Part shown: positions 49,906-63,241 of the stretch, piece after piece | How the letters are laid out: every line of letters begins with the position of its first letter | Numbering within the stretch: the first letter of the stretch is position 1 | Origin: Podarcis pityusensis | Taxonomy: Eukaryota | NCBI GenBank assembly: GCA_964106645.2 | Contig: OZ067040.1 | Length of the DNA stretch: 64,000 nucleotides | Direction: 5' to 3' (one strand) | The notes under the pieces: model-generated | Databases searched by the model: none | Seen by the model: the letters and a program-made list of their open reading frames with translations, nothing else | Told to the model about the DNA's origin: nothing | Translations under genes and position numbers: made by a program

Positions 49906-50134
49906 GGTATCCCGTAGGTATGTTCCCCTTGTTGGGAACATAAATTAAGCTGCGCATCACTGGCAGAAATGGGACAAGTACAACTTGCCTCTCCTGCTTT
50001 TGCTCCGTTTTTTTTAAGTTTGAGACTTCAGATTTCTATTCCAAATACTATTTGTGTATTTTGAAATATTTAAATATTAGTAGCTTTGTGTTAGGTGAGG
50101 AGCAACACCAGCCACAAATTACTACAAAGCCAGC

Positions 50135-50523
50135 TAGGGGTGTCAGTTTGCAATTTTTTAAAGAACAAGTCCTCACGAAAACTCAGCAGCATTTTAGTGT
50201 GAATTTCTCCTAATATACAGCACATTATCTTTGCATGCACTTTTGCCTAATATAGACCTTTCTGCAAAGTGATTTTGTCTTAAACAATTCATTTTTGCAT
50301 GATATTTTCACATTGTATGCTATCTATGTATTCTTATGCACACTTTATCCCAGTGTATGAATTCTTGTATAAGCTACTTGGCTGGAAAAGTGTATTGCAA
50401 AATTCACAGAAGTGTGAATTTTGAAGGCTAGCCATGTTTCGGCTGGCAAATTGTTGCAGAAAATGCAAAATAAGTATGTTTGCCTAAAAATACAAAGTGA
50501 ATCAAATTTCTCCCTCATCCCTA
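50135..50523. mobile_element. Old AT-rich DNA-transposon-like element
   Basis: TAGGG...CATCCCTA ends; degenerate interior. Confidence 0.4.
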
Positions 50524-50781
50524 GTCACCCATAAAGCTGTAAAATGCTTTCCTTTCGGTGGAAACTCTTTATGGAGAGTAATGTGAGCAGGAACCATTTC
50601 TTTGTTACATTGTTCCCTCTTTTTCTCTGTTTTCTTCTAGCCTGCTTATAGAATTTGTTGGCACTGTCAAAATTGTTGTCTTGACCTGCACAATTTCTGT
50701 TATTCCTGCAGGTGTGGCTGTGAGTCTGCATAGGGGTGGCTGTGCTTTATGAGTTCAAAGTTGATAAATCTTGCTGTGACA

Positions 50782-50955
50782 GGAACATAGGAAGTTGCTT
50801 TAGACTAAGTAAGACTTATTGGTCCATCAGCGTCAATCAACACTGACTGCCAATGGTTCTCCAGGTTTCAGACAGGTATCTTTCTGAGCCCTGCCCAAAG
50901 ATATCAGGAATCAAACCTGGAGCTTCCTGCCCGTGAAGTATGTGCTCCGCCTCTT
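50782..50955 (-). mobile_element. tRNA-derived SINE with a CR1-like tail, degenerate
   Basis: gaacataggaagttgc...ttggtccatc...ggaatcaaacctgg. Confidence 0.7.
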
Positions 50956-51917
50956 ACTTGAATTGGATGAACCAGGTCGTCCTCCTTTCCATTAGATTCA
51001 CAGGCTCCTTTTGTGCTGTGTTCTATAGGAGGTTTACTGTTCTGTCTTCCTCCCTTCAGACCCAAGCAGCTGAACCATGGATTCCAAAGCAGTTTTTCCA
51101 CTTTCTTTCTTTGTGAAAAAAAGGTCCTTGCCTCACAGCATTCAAGGGCCAACTGATTGCTCAGGTGAAGTTACTGTCAAAATTATGGGTAGAATTCAAT
51201 GTTTCACTATTACAAATTTTCCATCTGCACAACTGTATCAACAACCCCCCCCCATTCCACCACATGCTGTTCTGGGGGTGCTCCCAACCACCCCAGAGCC
51301 AATTTCACAGGCATGGGGTAGAGGGGAGAAGAGAGAAAGTCCAACTGTGCAAGCAGAAGCCATTACACAGGGCTTTCATTGATGGTGTTTGTTAGGGGAA
51401 ATAATGCCAAAGATTCTTATTTTTTAAAAAGCTAGGTGTCAATTGCAGCAATCCATGACAGTGTCATTAGCTGTGATCTTTAAGTGCCTAGTTTGATGGA
51501 TGTCAACCCCCACCATGAAAGTGTTAAATTGGCTAATGAACTCTTAAGTCTTGTTTTAAATTGCTTTCTAACCATAGCAGGAATTTTAAGACAAAGACAC
51601 TCTCCTAGGCTTGCACCTGGGCATTATGAGTTGTGGAAATTCATAATCTGGGTCTTTTATTTTAAAACTTTAGTGACATCACTAGTTCTGGAGCACCTTC
51701 ACTCCAAATGCTTCTTCCAAAAAATTGCATCCTTATATGTTGAAAAATCTTGTGCCCTCCTCAGATGGATGGCACATTTATGAATTTTGCAAAATGCATG
51801 CTGTCTGCACAACTGACACCTATTCATAAGCAAGTAATATCCCTTTTGCATTTTCCAAGGTTTTTGCAGGCATAGGTCCAGAGAGCTTTTTGGAGATGGA
51901 AATATACAATCTGGAAG

Positions 51918-51971
51918 CTTCTTCTTCTTCTTCTTCTTCTTCTTCTTCTTCTTCTTCTTCTTCTTCTTCTT
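51918..51971. repeat. (CTT)n microsatellite
   Basis: Direct reading. Confidence 0.95.
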
Positions 51972-54501
51972 CTCCTCTCTCTGTGCACACTGTTAGTGTC
52001 AAGAATGATCTCTGTGGCCCAAACTGCATTTCCTTATGTGCAGGGGGATACTGAATAGTACTTCTGCCTGAGAAGTGTGTCCTTTGCTACTCAACCCTTC
52101 GAACACTCTCAGTGTGCAAGGGTGGAGATACAGAGTGTCAGGTCACATAGTAGTAGATTACAGAGCTTTTGCAAACATCACTTTTCTCAGAGGTGTATTC
52201 AGTTGAGTTAGGGGGGAAAGAGCCATTAATTAACTTGACTTAAGTAGTCCCTGATGCAGGGCAATGTGACCTTTCCGCTATGTCGTATGCCACATGGAAT
52301 TTGGCCTTAGTATGATACTCAGCAGACACGTGTCCCCCCCACCTTTTAACTGTTTTCAATTTGTTATAGGGATTGTTGAATGTGAAATTTTAGGGCAGCA
52401 ACTGGGCAACAATATTTGTGGTGACGTTTTAGTGGCACTTATGCTAAAGAACTTCTTTTCTTTTGAAACATGCTTTGGTGAATTTCATGCAATTTCCAGT
52501 GCTTAGGTTAGTAGGGGTGATGTTTCACATGGCTGTGCATATTCACATTGGAATTAATGCAATTAAAACTAAAAGAGCACAAATCAAGAATTATCCTCCG
52601 ATAATCCCCACTCAGATGTGCTTTCCAGAGGTGCTGAGAAGGCATATTGGACATAGATGCCCACTCCGGGAAGGATGTCACCATCTCAGGCAATTTAATA
52701 GATTTTTGAGTATCTGAAGTTATTGCTTTATGTTGTTGTTGTTATTTGGGGTGATTTCAATTACCTTATTCAAGGCAGTTCATGTGTAAATCATATGCTT
52801 AAGCAAAGCACTAGTACTTGGTGGGTAGACGAGAGAGGCTCCCTCTGGCCTCCTTGCCCTCATCCTGGTAGGGCCAACAACGACCGTTCTTTTGAGCTGC
52901 GTGGAATTGGATGCATTAACATCAGGTTCCAGAAGGTAAGGCATAAACCGGTGGAATTATCTCCCAAGGAAGAGGATAAGAGTAAATCTGGTTTAACTTT
53001 AATAAAGATTTGAAACAAAATAATGAACTTGAATGATGAGAAACCAATTATAGTTCCTTTTCAGTGTAAATATGCATTTCCATTAAGAGCCTCTGTATCC
53101 CTTTCAGCAAGCTACTAATATCCCCATCCATTCTTTCAAGTGTTCCTGGGGTACAAACTAGTGTTTAATGAATGCCAAAATAAGCACTTGAGGGAAATTG
53201 CAAACAACTGGACAGCCATCCAATTATTTTAACAAGTACTCTAAACTTTTCTTATTGAATTTAATATTTATTCGGTAGCTTTCTCCTTTGATCTAAGAAG
53301 ATTGTTATTTTATTGCAATTGTTACAGACTTTTTCTCTATTAACTCATCTTTCTGAAATGCACCATAACTTGTGCAACCCCTGAGGGGAGATATTAGTTA
53401 TAAAATGCTTCTTAAAGAATAAGAAATGATAGCTCCATAAACAGACAATGTTGCCTTCCATTTTACTTTATTCTAACAGGTGTCTTCTTTATGCAATATG
53501 CTGTGTGAAAAGCAAGTCAAACAGGGAGTGTGATGAGTAAACCAATTTATCTCATTTGCTATGTTGCAATACCATTCCATACATAGTTACAGTGGCAACA
53601 GTTCAGTACTACATTCGTAAACACCTTTACTTGAAATGGTCTCAGGTCTTTTAACGGTACTTAACTTCCACCTGGAACTTTGTAGATAATTAAAACTGGG
53701 GTCAGTTCTTGCTGCATTAAAACAGTGTTTTAAGCAGTAGTATTGATTTCAAAAGCAATCCAAACATATAAATTTAAAGTCTCTGTGACCCTTGCACCAC
53801 TGTAATCTCACTGACTTTCAGGGGTTACCTGACAGTAAACTGTCTGGAGGACATTTCTGAAGCGTAAGTCAAACTAGACATGGCATTAACCTCACCTTTG
53901 AATCCCCTGCTTGAGATTTTGATTTTAATAAAATCAAAAGGAGCTCCAGAGGCCCCTGATCCAGATGAGGAGTGTGGCATGGTGAAAAGGACAAGACTGA
54001 ACTCTGTCCACTGTCTTCCTGACACTCCTATTTGTCCTTCAAAGCTACAGCCCCTTCCTCTCATTAGAACAACATAAATATTGCGTCCATGTGTCATGGT
54101 ATGCATATTTGCATCTGTCCACCATTCATGATTAATCCCAATTTTTCTATAGTCAGATATACAAATGCTGAACATATACATGTTAAAGTTGGCCCCTGAA
54201 AACCATGCCTTCACTGCATAGCTGACGGTCTTCTATAATACAAAACTCCTCTCATCACACTATTATTAAATCGTTTTGAGCCATATCAAGATCTAATTAC
54301 TGACTTGACACTTTCCCCATTTTGTTAGTGGGCTTAATTTTAGAGAAACCACCATAAGAAGAGTAGGACAATTCAAGAACAGAACAGACTTGAAATGAAT
54401 TAGATCACCTTAATTACTTTCACAGTTTTATTGCTTAATTGATGGTTTTATTAAACACTGGCCAATTAACCTGTCAGAAACAGAGCTTAAATTGTAGACT
54501 G

Positions 54502-54572
54502 GAAGAAGAAGAAGAAGAAGAAGAAGAAGAAGAAGAAGAAGAAGAAGAAGAGGAGGAGGAGGAGGAGAAGGA
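54502..54572. repeat. (GAA)n(GGA)n microsatellite
   Basis: Direct reading. Confidence 0.95.
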
Positions 54573-54790
54573 GATAGCTGTCAGAGAAATATTACAACTT
54601 GCCTTTACCAAGCAACACATGAGGGACCTTTCAAAATGAAGTGGTCAAATCTGGGAGGGAAATGGGACAGAGGCAAGGGTGGGGGAAGACATTGAAAAAG
54701 TATCCCATAAGAGGGCACTTCCAGCTAAACGCATATGCGAAAGAAGATTGTATTGTATTTGAGCAATGGGTTAAGATAACATATTTTCTT

Positions 54791-54914
54791 TACAGGTAGG
54801 TAGCCGTGTTGGTCGTCGTAGTCGAAACAAAATATTTTTTCCCCTTCCAGTAGCACCTTAGAGACCAACTAAGTTTGTTACTGGTGTGAGCTTTTGTGTG
54901 CATGCACACTTCTT
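54791..54914. mobile_element. Penelope-like element terminal fragment
   Basis: caggtaggtagccgtgttggtc...cagtagcaccttagagaccaactaag...cacacttctt, a motif I recognise from squamate Penelope elements. Confidence 0.7.
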
Positions 54915-54925
54915 TTGTGTGCATG

Positions 54926-55210
54926 CCTGGTGGAACGCTCTGTCTCATGAGACCAGGGCCCTGCAGGATCTGATTTCTTTCCGCAGGGCCTGTAAGACAG
55001 AGTTGTTCCATCTGGCCTTTGGCTTAGAATCAGTTTGATTCCCTCCCCCTCTTTCTTTTTCCTTTCTCCTCCTGTGAATAGGCTACATCCTAATGTTTTA
55101 ATGTTGTATTTTAATCTTTTTTAAATTGTATTTTAATCAACTTGTTTTTATTATTGGTTGTTAGCCACCCTGAGCCCGGTCTTGGCTGGGGAGGGCAGGG
55201 TATAAATAAA

Positions 55211-55255
<45 letters not shown>
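54926..55255 (+). mobile_element. L2 LINE 3' end with (ATT)n tail
   Basis: Same family as 49485, inverted relative to it: cctggtggaacgctctg...ttagccaccctgagcc...ggtataaataaa. Confidence 0.9.
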
Positions 55256-55256
<1 letters not shown>

Positions 55257-55641
55257 CATGGTACAAGATGGCAACCTAGTCTTTGGTTTAGGGCTGTCAT
55301 TGGAGAAAACAAAATTCTTGTGCCATTAACAGCTTTATCTCTACTGTACAATCAGGACCAGAAAAGCATAGATGATTTCACATGGTAAAATCATGAAGTC
55401 ATCAAGCGTGGGGAGCAGCAATGACTGCACCCTCCCTAATTTTGTGTTATGCCATGCCCCTCACCACAGCTGAAGTGCATTATGCCACGTCCTCATTGCA
55501 GACATCTTGTGAATGATGCCCACAGTGCTCTCAAAATTCAAAATGTGCCCGCTGGTCCAAAAAGGTTGATAAACTCTGGCTTAAATCTCTATCTTGTGAT
55601 AAAATACACATTTAAATACAACTTTTCATGCAGAGTTTATA

Positions 55642-55989
55642 CAGTGGTACCTCGCAAGACGAATGCCTTGCAAGACAAAAAACTTGCTAGACGAAAGGGT
55701 TTTTTGAGCTGCTTCGCAAGACGATTTTCCCTATGGGCTTGCTTCGCAAGACGGAAACGTCTTGCAAGTTTGTTTCCTTTTTCTTAACACCGTTAATACA
55801 GTTGCGACTTGACTTCGAGGAGCAACTCATAGAACGTGGTGTGGTAGCCTTTTTTGAGGTTTTTAAAGACTTTGGTGATTTTTGAAGCTTTTCCAAAACT
55901 TTCCCGACACCGTGCTTCGCAAGACGAAAAAAATCGCAAGACGACAAAACTCGCGGAACGAATTAATTTCGTCTTGCGAGGCACCACTG
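55642..55989 (-). mobile_element. Young Tc1/mariner-type MITE, inverted copy of 4031-4385
   Basis: TA TSD and the same TIRs; differs by scattered substitutions and a 7-bp indel. Confidence 0.92.
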
Positions 55990-58900
55990 TATTTAAAAAC
56001 ACAGATTAACATGGGAACAGGATGGAATGGACCTATGACACTGTGTGAGTGTGCTTCAGTCCTACTATATGTCTGCACTGTAACTCATAGTCTATGCCTT
56101 GAACCTCATTCTCTTATCTCCCCCGCCCCTTCCCTCAATATCCTTTTCCACTGTATGTGCAGGATGCAAAAAGCTTATCTGAAACATCCCATCTTTCTGA
56201 GGAACCTGGCTTCCTCAATTTCCTGTTTTCAGAACAGCTGGCTGCAAGGGATGGACTTGGGGACATTTCTGAGGAATAGCTGTCTACCTCAGTTGGAAGC
56301 TTTTCTGATTAGTCAGGCTCCTTGATTTGGAAACATAAGGATTTATAATAAAAAGGACACAGTGAAAACAGAGGGAATGAAAAGAAAACAAACCAATAAA
56401 GAACCTATCCTATCATAACATTTGAAATTCTGGTATTTGCTGGTCTTGGAATAGGTTCAAGATAAATGAAGGAAATGTGTATTTCATTAAAGGCTAATAT
56501 TTGGAAGACAACAGAGAAAACAATAATGAAAGACTTCCAAATGCAGATATACAAGGGAACTGCGCACAAAAGCTTCCTTCTCCCCCTTTCTCCCACAGTC
56601 TTGGTGTTACCCTTATGAGACGTTCATCACAGAAAAGGATACTTTCTCAAGCCATTAGTACCATTCGCCTGTAGCAATTTTTTTCACAAATAGCTCCATG
56701 TTCTACAGTCCTTGCTGTAATGCTTGGCCTGTGCTAGACGTCTCTGAACAATGCTAGCCACCACTGCTTTCAATGCCAGAGCACAGGGTGCTTCACATCA
56801 GACAGGCACAGAGGAGCAAACTCTATCCTTTACACTAAAAGGACCATAAACGGTAATAGCTACCTCCATCAGAAGCCTAAGTGTAACATCATGGGGTTCC
56901 TCCAAAGAAGTTTAAGCCACAGCTCCACTCAAACCCATGTTAATAATTCAAATGATAATGTCTGTAAGTTTTCCCAAATTAGCAGTACTTGTGGGGGTTC
57001 CTCACTCCACATCTTGCCTACTTGGCTGCTGTTTCCTCTTCCCTGCTATCTTCCACAAGTTTCAGAAAGGAATGGTAAGGATTTACTGTCACTCCCTTCC
57101 ACTTGTTTTGCTTTGTATCTGCCAGGTTCAGAAGCATCGCCACCAAGCTGTCTGTCAGGCTCCCATCCTTGGTGTGCACACATGTATGCACCGCGGGCAC
57201 CATGAAAGCGTGCTCTGCTGCTACATTTGTGTGTGTGATATAGAAATACATGGACAGGGATTTTTTGTTCCAATGTGCATTGCTTTGTACTTACATGCAA
57301 GCTCAACAGTGGCTTTTATATGTTCTCAGATTTCTTATCAAAGTCTTGTTGACACATCCTGATGGCAGGGAAAGAGGAAAGCCTTAACCTTGTTCTAAAA
57401 TATCATTTTCATCAAGTATTTAAATGCTGGACATATGGAACCTCCTGGAAAATGGTTTGCTGGCTAAGTATGGAGAGAGGACTTCAGAACAGAGCTTCAG
57501 CACAACAGCTAAAGGTAGACTTCACTCAATTAACAGTACACTTACTCTGCACAGTTCTATTGATGCTGATATTGAAGTAATCATGAAATTAGACTGCACA
57601 AAAAATAACATAATTTTCAGTTCTAAGCAGCCTTTCCATAGCTTCATGGATCAGACTAGCTAAAGAGGGAAAACAGCACCCTAGAAAGTAAAATGATCAT
57701 TGCACAGCCCTTTCTCAGGCTTCAAACATATACTTGCTTACTGGGCTTGTGTGCATTTTAATTACTAAGAAACTTACCCGCTACATGTAACAGCCTGCAG
57801 GCAGTTCCAAGTTCTTTGTACCTTTTATGAACTCATTTCTTTTATAAAGAGATTTGGGTCATGATTTTTGCTGACATTTTTTTCCATGCTATGTTTCTCT
57901 AAAATCTCACGACAAGAACAATAAAACCGATTTCCCTTTCTTTATCCTTGCACTTTATTTTCTAGCCTCCAGCTTATTGTGGTCAGTAGTGATTAGCTGA
58001 GAGAGAGAATAAAACCCCAGTCACAAGCTGTTGATTCGATTCAGAGTATATTATTTAAGGCTTAAATTGATATCTATCTTTGGGTTCCTTTTGGCAACAC
58101 CCATATAAAACAAAACAAAAAAAAGTTTCACTGACTTTATGCAATGCGAGGACTGGCAACCAAATTCTCATAAATGAGAAATTCACATCTCTGTATCCCA
58201 AGGACATAAGGAGCGCACCATAGAACAAGAGATGCAAGTGACTTGACCTTTGTAGGATAAGCCACATTCATGTGAAGGGACAAGAAAGCCTCACTCGCAA
58301 TAATACATCTTCAATCAGATCCCACAAAACAGCATCTGTGGCCAGAGTCAGCGTTATCTTTCTTCCATTTGAAGTTCTTGCCTAGGGTATATATTCATGC
58401 CTAGAAAACATGGTGTCTTCCCAGCAGTTTGGTGCCATTCTGGAGAAGGGTGAATATGGGACATAAAAATTATACATATGGGATGAGAGGAAAACCTACT
58501 TCACTATCAGGTGAGGATCATAGCTTCAGAAATATCTCTCTCTCTCTCTCTCGCTCTCTCTCTCTCTCTCAGGATGCTTTACAACTTTTTTTAAAAAATC
58601 AAAACTTAAAGTAGCATAAAATAACCAATGCAGGAAAGAGTCAGTTGAGAAAACCAGATTAGCTGTATAAAAACATTGTGTGGAATGTTTTAAGGCAAGG
58701 ATTTCTGCTTGTACAACAAAACAATATCACCCTCCCTCCATGCAATCCCTAAATCTGTTCTAGGGGTTCCCCAACCCTCAGATTTGGGGAAGGTGCAGGG
58801 CACATCCAAGGAGAGGGGGAAATCCCATTACACAAGTGGACATTGTTGCACTGATGTGACTCAGCAGTAGAATACTACCAAATACCTGCCTCACATGGCA

Positions 58901-59045
58901 AAAGCCTGGCAAAAGGCAGCAATGGAGGGGACCAACCATACTTCACAGGACAAGTGCTCCAGAATCTAGGTGTGGCCCCTTAGAAGCCTCTCTCTCTTTT
59001 CCCATGCAACAGTTCTTCTGTGGTGGATAGGACACAGAGAAGTAA

Positions 59046-59365
59046 ATCATAGAATTGCTGAGTTCGAAAGGTCCCAAGGACCACCTAGTCCAACTGCCTG
59101 CAATGCAGGAATCACAGCTAAAGAATCCCTGACAGATGGCCACCCAACCTCTGCTTAAGAACCTCCATGGAATGAAGGTCCACCACTTTCCAAGGGAGTC
59201 TGTTCCACTGTCAAAAAGCTCTTACTGTCAGAAAGTTCTTCCTAATCAGGATCTCCATTCTTCTAATTTGAATCCATTGGCTCAGGTTATAGTCCTGCTC
59301 CCTGGAGACGCAGAAAACAAGCTTGCTCCATCACCCACACGACAGCTCTTCAGATATTTAAAGAC
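59046..59365 (-). mobile_element. CR1 LINE 3' fragment
   Basis: atcatagaattgctgagttcgaaagg...ctagtccaac...cttactgtcagaaagttcttcctaa...cagatatttaaag. Confidence 0.85.
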
Positions 59366-59489
59366 AGCTTATCTTTTCTTATAAAAATATTTATATCCTT
59401 CTGTATCCTTGAAATGTATCATAGCTGTTTACAACAATATAAAACCATAAACCCATACAGTAAAATCATCATCTTTATCAATCATCTTT

Positions 59490-59895
59490 AGATGCCTCAC
59501 ACTTCCTTCCCTGCTGGAATAGTTTGTGATTGCACCTTCAGGCATCTTCCTGATCCTGGGGGATCGGCTGGCTATGCAGGTGGGTGTGGCTCCTATCAAT
59601 CCTACAGCCAAGCTATTTAGGACTTTAAACATCACCACCAAATCCAGAAACAAATTGGCAGCCAATGCAGCAGTTTCAGGAGAGGAGAAACATGATATTG
59701 CAGCTTCATTCTAAACCAACTGAAGTTTCTGAAGGCTCTTCGAAGACAGACTCATGGAGAGGACATTGTAACAATCCAACCTGGGCATAACTAAGATCTG
59801 TGTTGCCATAGCCAGGTCTGACTGCCCCAGAAAGGAATGCAGCTGGCCCCTCAGCCTAAAATGGATAAAGGTACTCCTGGCCACAGCTGCCCCCA
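59490..59895 (-). mobile_element. Old L2 ORF2 fragment
   Basis: LVMPRLDCYNVL...LQKLQLV resembles the L2 motif LVTSRLDYCNAL...LQLVQN. Confidence 0.75.
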
Positions 59896-62318
59896 GTGTA
59901 CACATTCAGGTGTAAAGCCCACCCCAAGAGCATATCACTATTATCACCATCACAATCATATCAACATCTTCCCACTAATTGCCTCTTAATATATATTCAT
60001 TAATACTGTATATAAATTAATACTGAGCCGTAGCGTGTAGCAAATCCTGACTGGTTCAAGTGAGGTAAAACTGCAGTGTACACACATCTCCGTTAATATG
60101 GGTTTTTTGAGCTTGTTTTATATGCATGTCATTTTTCCTAGGGTAAAACATGACAGTCTTAGAGGAACAGAGGCTACAGCAAAGAAAAGGACATTTGTGA
60201 TAAAGAAAGAAAACCCAAGATCTGTGTGCTTGCGATTGCCTCTCTTTCATACGGAATTAATGGTGGTTTAATGGGGTATGAAAGAATGTTTTACTGGAAA
60301 CAATGAGGAACAATTGTCTAGCTCACGTTTCATTTCACAGGTCATTATTGCATTAAGAAGTAAATCGACCAAGTCCGGTAAATAACAGTCTGTGTATTGC
60401 TGAAAGCTTCAAACCAAACAATCTTAGCTCTCTTCAACTAATATCTGTCATTTTTAACCCTTGCAGAGATCCGCTGCAGGCTAAACAATTACTGTCTTCA
60501 CCCACCTCTGGCAGGTAAGCATTATTCATTTTACTCCTCATCCCCCTTCTCCAGCAAACCCTACAAGGCTACGGCTTTTGCATTGTTGCTTTGTTTATTA
60601 GCCAGCCTAGCCAACTGTGTGTCTGGTGGCCTTGAAAAACAACACACATTTCAGTGAGCGCTTCAGGCATCTTTAAACAGGCTGCTTCCTCTGCAAAATT
60701 AATTGTTGCAAAACACAGCACTTATGTGTAAAGCACTGCACACTAACACTCAGCAGTTTGCTTGGGTTACAGATATGCCTGGGAAATTTAGGGGAAATGC
60801 AATTCTTCTTTAAACCTGCACACAAGTGCTATCAGCAAGGACACTGCAATACCCATTAACCCGCAAAAAGGCCTCTGCTTTAGCTTACTAATTCTAAACT
60901 GAGAATCATAAACCATAGCTTTCTTGTGGTTTGTCTCTCACTTTGTAAGAAACATGTTTTTACAAGATATTCCTTTGGCGATGGTTTCAAAAGTGTTCAC
61001 CAAATGCAAAAGTGCTTGCTAAATCTTTAGGTCACCATTGGTTCCATTTGTCATAGATTATGAACTGGACTATGTACAGCAGATGAGTCCTTGTAATTTC
61101 AATTTGCCTTAAAAGAGAGGTCTAAATTTTAGATATTGTTTCTGTAGAACTAGATGTCCACGTACCCACTTTTGCCTCCCTCCTCCACTCTGTTTCCACA
61201 ATTCTTAAGCTACCAGTGCTGAATCAAAGCTAGAGCAATGGTAGCAGGGAAAGGGAAGGAACCCCGTACTCTAAGCAGATATAGAAAACAGATCCCAATG
61301 CTGGGAGAGATGGGACTATTGCTCAGAGTGGCTATCACAAAAGGAAATTCACTTTTGAATAAAAACAGGTAATAAAATCAATGCCCAATATATGAGCTGG
61401 ATACATGAAAATATCTAGCTGGATACATTAAAATAATCAAAAGGAAGATCTATTATTATTATTTATTAAATTTGTATTCCACCCTTCATTTGTAGTTCTC
61501 AGGGCAGTTTACAGCATAAAATTACAATATAAAACCCACAAAGTTACGAAGTAAAAATAATGACAATGACAAACCAATAATCCCCCATCCTACAACACAT
61601 TTGAACTGCCTGATTGGGAAAATACTAGTCCATAGCAACAACACTGAGTTTTCAAAGATGAAAACTTTTGGCCTCACTGTAAGTTAAAAAGATCAAGAAA
61701 ACAGAAGAACTAACAAAGGGGGTGTAAATGTCCTTTGCATTTAGGGCACTCAAGGTAGGAAGTTGCGATGTGTGTCCATGATCTGGACACACACACACAC
61801 ACAAATAAACATTAAGGGTCGATGGAAATGATTGGACAATATATTTAAAAAAGATACAGGCAGAATTTACAGGTCAATTTAGAATTTCCAGGTAGGGAAC
61901 ACAAACCCAACCTCTTTAATTTTTACCTTTTCTCCAATGACAATAGTAATAGATTCATCCCCAAAGCAAGCTAAGGGGCACCTGCCTATCACTTTCTTGT
62001 GATATCACTTATAAAGTAAGTCCTGTGGAAAAACTTCCTGTCATACAGGCTGTGGTTCCCTGACATTTGTAAACTACTGCCCACCAAACAATCTTTATTG
62101 CAATGCATTTGCATGACCACACAGAATAATTAACCTGGTTTTAAACGGCAATTTGGTGTGGCAATGACCACTGTGGCTCTGACACTGGTTTGTGATTCAT
62201 AATCAGGTCACAGAAGGCAGTGGGGAGAAGTGTGTCTGTACCAACATTGCGAATTAATCAGCCCTCTAAGCAGCCAGAGACACGGATCCTTAGAGAAATG
62301 CCTTTTACCGGGTAAGAC

Positions 62319-62362
62319 ATTAGACATTTTGTTTAAAGATTAGACATTTTGTTTAAAGATTA
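62319..62362. repeat. 20-bp tandem duplication
   Basis: ATTAGACATTTTGTTTAAAG occurs twice. Confidence 0.9.
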
Positions 62363-62939
62363 AAGTTCTCTTTGTGCTTAATCAATTTCTAGGGCAGGAT
62401 GGAAAATGGGATTAATTACCGTCCCTTGCATCGAGCTCCCATACTGCAGAAGTCATAAACGATGCAACTTTTCTGTTAAAATGGCTGCCATCAGCAGCAG
62501 CATGCTCAAGAGATGCTAATTGTAATTAAAGAGTTTATTTGGAATCACAGAAGAGAGTCTTAATCAGGACGAGAACAGAGCCTCACTGCATGCACTTGCA
62601 GCACACGGCTGTGTAACAGAATGGTTCTTTTTAAACAGGCAGTTTGGTTTAAAAGGTTTGAGCAGGGTGTTATGCCGGGGGGCCTAGCATTTTCTCCTCT
62701 GTGGGATTCAAGCGAAATCTTATTAGGTCAATTGTTTAGAAAGCATCTCACATTAGGGATTTCAAAGCACTTGTGAAAAGTGAATAAAATTACCCTGCTC
62801 TGCTGAAGAATAAACATGGACTACGCTGCCATTAATGCACACAAAGGTTATGCTGAATTAATTTACTTGCCCTGAAACAAGGGCAGACAAGACACACACA
62901 ACTGGAAGTCGTGGTACCTCTAAGAACATGACTCTAAAT

Positions 62940-63075
62940 CAGGCTTCCTCAGCCTCGGCCCTCCAGATGTTTTTGGCCTACAACTCCCATGATCCCTAGC
63001 TAGCAGAACCAGTGGTCAGGGATGATGGGAATTGTAGTCTCAAAACATCTGGAAGGCCGAGGTTGAGGAAGCCTG
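62940..63075. mobile_element. Palindromic hAT MITE
   Basis: CAGGCTTCCTCA.CCTCGGCC...GGCCGAGGTTGAGGAAGCCTG; near-complete hairpin; TSD ctctaaat/gtcaaaat. Confidence 0.85.
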
Positions 63076-63241
63076 GTCAAAATCCTTTTATTGTCATGCA
63101 GCTATCTTTCTTATACCAGCACAAAATATAAGTTCAGAAGCAGTCGCCTTCAGACGGCCAAAGTGGGACTAGACTGCCTTATGTCTCTTGAGACTTACCA
63201 GACTTCTCAGCCTTACTGTGTGGTTCTTGCACGCAACTTAC

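Noticed and set aside
51820-54639. Poly-Glu ORFs (51820-52029 and 54439-54639)
   Set aside because: Translations of GAA microsatellites.
56891-57663. Cluster of 70-140 aa ORFs
   Set aside because: No recognisable homology or convincing splice context; expected by chance.
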